Assembly: GCA_903936775.1 (NCBI GenBank) | Contig: CAIZWU010000099.1 | Location: forward strand, 3,043 to 67,042 | Direction: 5' to 3' | Length of the DNA: 64,000 nucleotides | Origin: an uncultured bacterium | GTDB taxonomy: Bacteria > Verrucomicrobiota > Verrucomicrobiia > Verrucomicrobiales > V1-33 | Shown here: in pieces, positions 58,541 to 64,000 of the stretch | Layout: each line of letters begins with the position of its first letter | Position numbering within the stretch: the stretch's first letter is position 1 | Translations under genes and position numbers: made by a program | Notes under the pieces: model-generated | The model's input: the letters and a program-made list of their open reading frames with translations, nothing else | What the model was told of the DNA's origin: nothing | The model's database searches: none

Positions 58541-61234
58541 TCAGGGCAGACTGGCCGCACGGTAATAACCCACCGGCTGCCCGGCCAGTGGCGGCGGCAG
58601 CTCTCCCACCCAACGCCCGGACGCGTCGGCGTTGAAGATCGCTCCATTCTCCCAGTGCGTGAGATCGGTGGAAAACTGCAACCGGTAGGCCGCGCCCGGC
58701 TGGCCGGTCATCACTACCCCCATTCCCCCGTTGGCCCGGCGCACCGCACTCTCCCAACGCGGCGGCGGGACCCGGAACAGCGCGGTGACCGTGGTGGCCG
58801 CGGCCAGCGTCAGGCTCAGCACCGGACTGGTGCTCTCCCCGGCAGGCCAGACCCATTTTTCAAACTCCATACCCGGCGCGGGAAAGGCCGACAGCGTAAC
58901 CGGCACCTGACGGAAATAGGTGGCCCGCCAGGGATAGACCGGTGTGGCCACTCCCGGCAGACTGGCATTGATCCGCAGGCGGTTCACCTGCACCTCCCCG
59001 CCCCCCGCCGGCGTGCGGTCCACGGTCAGCGGGGCATACCCCCCCAGCGCCAGCGAGGAACTGAAATGCTGCCTCACATTCAGCTCCCGCTGCGAAGCCC
59101 AGGTCCGCACCGCGCGCACCTGCGACACCCAGTTCGCCACACTGTTTCCATGGGATTGCCAGCGGCCGATGTGCTCCGCGATGCCTGGCTCCAATTTCGC
59201 CTGCATCGTATCCACCAGGGCAACGGCCCAGGCGGCTTTGTATCGGGAATTCAACAGATCCGCCGCCATGGAAGCAAACCTCGCTTTGACATCAGGATTC
59301 TTCACCAGCGCCCGCAGCAGGCTAGTGGCCCACGGCGCGTTGGTGCCTGGCCGGCCAGTTCCGGAAAGAGCATAAGCGAGGGTGTTCTCACCGTATCCCC
59401 CCGCCCACGGGTGCGCCACCGCCAGGTCCAGATCGAACAGCATCCAGCGCCAGCGGCCGTCGTGCCCCTTCGGTACAGCGTCGCGTTCGGCATAGTTGTC
59501 CGGCCGGCGCACCCGCCACATCCGCGTGTTGTTGTGCGGCCAGTCGGCGTTGCCCAGAAAGATCTCGGTAATCTGGTAGCGGAGGAAATTCTCCACATCC
59601 ATGCGCGCCTCCACATAGGCCAAGTGCGCCGGCTGGGCCAGATCATGCGTCTCCGCGTAGGTCCGCAGATTGAGATAGGCCTGCGAATCCGAGGCCACAC
59701 CTTCCTCGATTGAACCGTCCCCATTCAGGATCGCGACCTCATCCGCCTCCACGCCGTAGTGCGCCGCGAAATACACCGGGTCCTGTTGTTCCCGCAGTTC
59801 CAGCACTCCCCAATACTCCCCATCCAGATAGACCGCCACCGGCCGCCACGCCATCAGGTCCAGGCCGAGGCCGCCGGCCAGTTGATGAGAAAAACCATCG
59901 CGCATGGTGGCGTAGGCCCAGTCGTTGCCGCAGTTCCTCAGGCGCAGGTGTTGGAACACCGCCAGCGGCTCCCCGCTGCCCGTCTTCATCAACCCGGGGA
60001 ATATCGGATAGCCGACGGCCCGTTCCGGCGGCGTTTCGCTGCGGAAGTCCAGCCCGAAGGATTTCTGCCGGAACGAACGTGAGGACTGGCCCTTGATGTC
60101 CAACCATGCCGGAGATGCCCAGGCGCGGGTGCCATCCGCCTCGAAAAACTCCACCGAGCACTCGCGCTGCCAGGCCTCGCCGCGCTGGGTGTAGTTCGCC
60201 GGCGTGTGGCCCGTGAGCGCTTCTCCCGGATGCGCCGCCACATAGTCATCAAACACTTTCCCCAGCATATAGATGCCGGTGTTATAATCAAAAAGCCCTT
60301 CCGGAGCCGTCATCAGGCTCATCACCGCCAGCCCGTCCGTCCGCCGTGCTTCTGCCCCGATAAAATACGTATGCGACATGACAGGCGAAGGCACCGCCCC
60401 TTCCTTGAACGCCCCCGCCCGGACCAGCCGCGCCTTGCGCACCTCCCCCACGGGCGGCTTCCAGCCATCGGTATGCTGGTTGGTGGTGGCCGTTCCCTCA
60501 ATCAGGGACAACCCATTGGCCTCCCCTGCCCGGCTGGTGAGGGTGAGTGGCGCAGTATACACAGGCGAGTCCGCGCGGGGTTCCGATCCATCCAAGGTAT
60601 ACCTTACCACCGTCCCCGGCTCCGGGGCCGTGAGCGTCAGCGTCACCGCCGTGCTGGTAAATCCTCCTGCTGCGGAAAACGCCGGAGCCTGGTTCAGCAC
60701 TTCCAGATAGGCGGCCCCGGTGTTCGCTGCGCCGGGGGTGGGCTTGGGAAAATACCGCCACGACCCGTCTGCCGGCGGCCTTCCATAACTCATGTCGCGC
60801 CGCAGTTCTACCGGGGGAGCCAGATCCGCCAGCGTTCCACCCGGCGCGGTCAGGGTCACGGTCTCCCCATTCCGGCCCAGGGAGAATCCCACGTGCAGCA
60901 CTGCCCCGGTTCGGCGGTTCTCACCCGACGCCCCCACCACCAGATACCCGCCCGCCGCCAGCGTCCGCGCCGGAAAGACCCACTTGAAGGGGCTGGCCGG
61001 ATCATCTGAAAGTCCGTAACCGCCTAGCGCCACCGCCCCTGGCCCCGGATTGTGCAGTTCAATCCAATCCGGCGTGGCCCCGGTCTCATCGTGCCAGGAT
61101 CCACCATTTGATGAGACCAACTCATTGATCCGCACCTCCGCCCTGACCCCTCCCGCCGCCAGCAGAACACAGCCCATTGCCGTCACCTGGGAAACCCCGC
61201 ACCTGCTTCTGGAAAACTTCGAATTCTGCCGCAT
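58541..61234 (-). CDS. CotH kinase family protein with lamin-tail domain, Fn3_assoc-like domain and C-terminal FYR-type module
   Basis: LTD block TPDWIELHNPGPGAVALGGYGLSD. Fn3_assoc-like VVRYTLDGSEPRADSPVYTAPLTL. CotH core VAVYLDGEYWGVLELREQQD and PHNNTRMWR ... WRWMLFDLDLA. Ends in PVGYYRAASLP. Confidence 0.85.
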   Translation of the reverse strand: MRQNSKFSRSRCGVSQVTAMGCVLLAAGGVRAEVRINELVSSNGGSWHDETGATPDWIELHNPGPGAVALGGYGLSDDPASPFKWVFPARTLAAGGYLVVGASGENRRTGAVLHVGFSLGRNGETVTLTAPGGTLADLAPPVELRRDMSYGRPPADGSWRYFPKPTPGAANTGAAYLEVLNQAPAFSAAGGFTSTAVTLTLTAPEPGTVVRYTLDGSEPRADSPVYTAPLTLTSRAGEANGLSLIEGTATTNQHTDGWKPPVGEVRKARLVRAGAFKEGAVPSPVMSHTYFIGAEARRTDGLAVMSLMTAPEGLFDYNTGIYMLGKVFDDYVAAHPGEALTGHTPANYTQRGEAWQRECSVEFFEADGTRAWASPAWLDIKGQSSRSFRQKSFGLDFRSETPPERAVGYPIFPGLMKTGSGEPLAVFQHLRLRNCGNDWAYATMRDGFSHQLAGGLGLDLMAWRPVAVYLDGEYWGVLELREQQDPVYFAAHYGVEADEVAILNGDGSIEEGVASDSQAYLNLRTYAETHDLAQPAHLAYVEARMDVENFLRYQITEIFLGNADWPHNNTRMWRVRRPDNYAERDAVPKGHDGRWRWMLFDLDLAVAHPWAGGYGENTLAYALSGTGRPGTNAPWATSLLRALVKNPDVKARFASMAADLLNSRYKAAWAVALVDTMQAKLEPGIAEHIGRWQSHGNSVANWVSQVRAVRTWASQRELNVRQHFSSSLALGGYAPLTVDRTPAGGGEVQVNRLRINASLPGVATPVYPWRATYFRQVPVTLSAFPAPGMEFEKWVWPAGESTSPVLSLTLAAATTVTALFRVPPPRWESAVRRANGGMGVVMTGQPGAAYRLQFSTDLTHWENGAIFNADASGRWVGELPPPLAGQPVGYYRAASLP

Positions 61235-61348
61235 CCTCGGAGGTTATCAGAGCGAGCCTCGTTTGGCTTGTAAAAAGAGACGATTTGACCACCGAGACCC
61301 GCCCCCCTGTGACAATTGCAGGCTCCAAGCCGTAGAAGGCCCTGGCTC

Positions 61349-62578
61349 TTACAGCAAGGTGCGTTCGATCACCCACCAAATCCCTGCCAAGGCGATCAGG
61401 ATTGATCCGGGCACGACCACGTATTTCCGGTAGCTGGCCGCACTGGAGATCCGGCAGGTGGCGAGCAGGGCGATCAAAATAACTGCCAATTGTCCCAATT
61501 CGACCCCGACGTTGATTCCCAGCAGTCCGACGATCAGGGAGGAGTTGGAGTCCAACCGCGTGGACATCACCCCGGCGAATCCCAGCCCGTGGATCAGCCC
61601 GAAGGCGAAAACAACCAGCAGACGCCAGTGGGTGTATTTCTGATGGAAGATATTCTCGAGGGCGATCGCCACGATGCTGGCCGCAATGACAGGCTCGACA
61701 ATGCGGGCAGGCATCCTGACAATCCCCGCCGAGGCCAGCCAAAGCGTCAGGGTGTGGGCGACCGTGAAGGCGGAGATCTGCAGCAGGAGCGGCTTCCATT
61801 TCCGGGTCATCAGGAAGACTCCCAGAACAAACAGGATATGGTCGAGCCCGTGGGGAATCACGTGGGTAAAGCCGCGTTTGATCTCCGAGCCGAACAACGA
61901 GAGCCAATCCCCTGGTCGTGCCTGCACGCCCACCGAGGCATCCGTGCGTCCCCCCGGCGCCGCGAAAATCTCCTGTTCCGTCAGATCCAGGGTAAAGCTG
62001 GTCTCGCCCGGAAACAGCACCGCATAGCGCTCCACTGGCCTCCCGCCGATGAAGTTGAGAAACATGACATTCAGCGGCGCCCCCATTTTTTCAGGCGTCA
62101 TTGCCAGAGCCTCGATCCGGTAGCCCGTCATCCCCGCAACCACGGTAGCCTTCCACGAACCGACGAGGACCGTTTCGCTGCCTTTCAAAAGGGCTTTGTC
62201 ATCGGTTTCAAAGGGCACCCCGCCATCGCCAAGTTTCTGGAACTCCCAGACGAATTCCGGCTTCACCTCGCCGATCGGATCAAAGAGAAACCGGAGCCGT
62301 TCCCGGATGAAGACATCCGCCCGCTCCTTCATCTTTTTCACCTCGTCGCCGGACAGGCTCTCTATTTTGTCCTTCTGGAAATAATCCACCGTCTCCGGAT
62401 CCGCCTCGAAGCACCGGGGATCCACCTCGACCCGGATCTCGGCTCCACCTCCGGGATTAAAATGGGAGCGGACGGGGAGGTCCGGAACCGGATGCGACCA
62501 GACACTGGCCGCGAGAGCTAGGACGAGGAGCAGAGCCGCGAGCGGAGACCGGACGGGCGGGGAGGGGCGGGGAGTCAT
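61349..62578 (-). CDS. HupE/UreJ-family membrane protein with ~230-aa N-terminal periplasmic extension
   Basis: Start moved to ATG 62578 for the signal peptide (..SPLAALLLVLALAASVWS). C-terminal TM bundle with HGLDHILFVLGVFLM ... FTVAHTLTLWLA ... GLIHGLGFA. Confidence 0.8.
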   Translation of the reverse strand: MTPRPSPPVRSPLAALLLVLALAASVWSHPVPDLPVRSHFNPGGGAEIRVEVDPRCFEADPETVDYFQKDKIESLSGDEVKKMKERADVFIRERLRFLFDPIGEVKPEFVWEFQKLGDGGVPFETDDKALLKGSETVLVGSWKATVVAGMTGYRIEALAMTPEKMGAPLNVMFLNFIGGRPVERYAVLFPGETSFTLDLTEQEIFAAPGGRTDASVGVQARPGDWLSLFGSEIKRGFTHVIPHGLDHILFVLGVFLMTRKWKPLLLQISAFTVAHTLTLWLASAGIVRMPARIVEPVIAASIVAIALENIFHQKYTHWRLLVVFAFGLIHGLGFAGVMSTRLDSNSSLIVGLLGINVGVELGQLAVILIALLATCRISSAASYRKYVVVPGSILIALAGIWWVIERTLL

Positions 62579-62807
62579 GCAGCGCGGAAGCAGGTGATCC
62601 GGGATTAACCCCCGGCTATCGCAAGTCCTATAATGGAGCCGGGACCAGGTGGCCAGTCCCGTTTTGCGGAAAACGAGCGCTGTCCGCATTTCCCGGTCTG
62701 TCCCCTTACGGTGTCATTTTAATCTGAGTCACGCCGGCCGCAGCTGACAGGTTGAAGAGAAAGCAGTGGCGCGGGTGGTGCCTGGCGATGCCTTGGGCCC
62801 CGGCGGA

Positions 62808-64000
62808 TCAGGCGCAGGGGGCCTCTTGCCGGGGGTGTGGTTTTCCCGAGCGGATGGCGGCTGCGCTGGCCGGGACGGCAGCCTTTTCGGCGACACTTCC
62901 CGCCAAGCGGTGGCTGCAGCCGTGGATGGCGATGACTTCGGCGCGGTGCAGGATGATTTCGAGCAGGAGTTCGCCGCTGCGCGCAGGCAGGGTTTTGAGG
63001 CCCATGTCGTCGATGATGAGCAGGTCGGGTTTGAGGTAGCGGGCGAGGAGACGGTTTTCCGCAGGACCTCCTTCGCTGGCAGCGAGGTCGCGCACGAGGT
63101 CGAAGATGGAGCGGTAGTAGACGGTGTGGCGGTGGCGGATGGCTTCGCGCCCGAGGGCTTGGGCGAGGTGGCTTTTGCCGACTCCGGGCGGGCCAACCAG
63201 CAGGACGTCGCGGGCTTCGGCGATGAAGCGGCAGATGGCGAGTTGATGGACGCGCTGGCGCGGGATGCCGGGATTGAAGCTGAAGTCGAAGCCGTCGAGG
63301 GTGCGCGATTCGCGGAAGTCCGCGCTCTTGAACCGGCGGGCGCTGGAACGGTGCTTTCCGGCCGATTGGCACAGGCCCATGATGCTGCGGAGGGCTTCGG
63401 CACCGCGGGTGTCGAGCGCCCACCGGGCCCACCCGCTGGCCGCTTCCCCCAACGCCGCAGCCCGCGCCTGCCAGTAACCGGCACTTTCCTTGACGCTGCC
63501 GTGCAGTCCCCGCACGCCGAGGCAGCGGCTGAATTTGCCGGGCTCCAGCCTCGCATGACAGCCGATTTGCTCCATGCGCTCATTGAACAGGCGCACCATC
63601 CGCCCGTCCCAGCGCACCCAGACCTTACGCCCGATGAACTCCGGCGGGGTCTCGTAATACGCTTTGGCCACTTCCACAAAACTGTCGCGCTGCTCCTGGC
63701 GGCGTCCTTCCTGATAACATTCGTAAACCATTGGCGGCAGCGGCCCGAGGGCCTTGCGTTCCTCCTCAAACACGGCAGCCACCTGCCGCCGGGTGGTGCC
63801 ATGCACGCGTTTGTCAGCGACGTGCTCCTCCCAGTGCCGCAAATGGGCGTTTTGTTCCGCCAGCGAGGCGAACTGCCGCCTCTTGAGCGCGTTGTTTTTG
63901 GCGTAGCCCACACCGCGTTCCACCTTGCATTTGTGCTGGGGCGTGTAGGCGCGGCAGGGCATCGGCGTCATGCCGTAGTGGCGGCAAAAATCCGCGGGTT
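62808..64000 (-). mobile_element. IS21-family element remnant: IstA (transposase, 5' part outside window) fused in frame to a deleted IstB (AAA+ helper)
   Basis: The frame is open to the window edge (..PADFCRHYGMTPMPCRAYTPQHKCKVERGVGY, the IstA DDE region). IstA C-terminal SIMGLCQSAGKH runs directly into IstB RRFKSADFRESRTLDGFDF. Walker A GPPGVGKSHLA and Walker B DLLIIDDMG are present. The segment between LLLEII and LHRAEVIAIHGCSHRL is missing relative to canonical IstB. Confidence 0.75.

Overview
GC-rich chromosomal segment. The gene content points to the PVC superphylum, most likely Verrucomicrobiota: a PSCyt/DUF1553 + DUF1501 pair, a PEP-CTERM protein, lamin-tail-domain (LTD)/CotH giants, a long GreA, and Tat-signal 'sugar phosphate isomerase' genes. 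This placement is an inference from families, not a search result. I support about 45 protein-coding genes and found no rRNA, tRNA or CRISPR array.

Housekeeping genes: nuoE (at the window edge), mqo, argA, sufT, hisC, trpF, cutA, a ROK kinase, and a five-gene Opp/Dpp-type peptide ABC operon with an extra convergent ATPase.

The accessory content is dominated by large secreted proteins. Three LTD/CotH-kinase paralogues are present (854, 2151 and 897 aa). One is tightly coupled to a PEP-CTERM protein. The other two bracket a novel internally triplicated 671-aa secreted protein and a dead isomerase gene.

Structure not explained by genes:
- A 196-bp MITE-like insertion with a 5-bp target-site duplication; removing it in silico restores the host reading frame.
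- A (CTGCCCT)n microsatellite that abuts a start codon.
- A roughly 92-nt intra-locus duplication that creates a truncated PEP-CTERM paralogue.
- A low-GC orphan-gene islet.
- A decayed IS21-family element, with IstA and IstB fused by in-frame deletions, at the 3' edge of the window.
- Several strong intrinsic-terminator hairpins.

The best candidate for an undescribed system is the secreted LTD/CotH cluster and its co-located uncharacterised proteins, which share a C-terminal module ending in FYR. All functional links there are inference. Gene starts were adjusted from the ORF track wherever a signal peptide or the neighbouring genes made an internal start more plausible.
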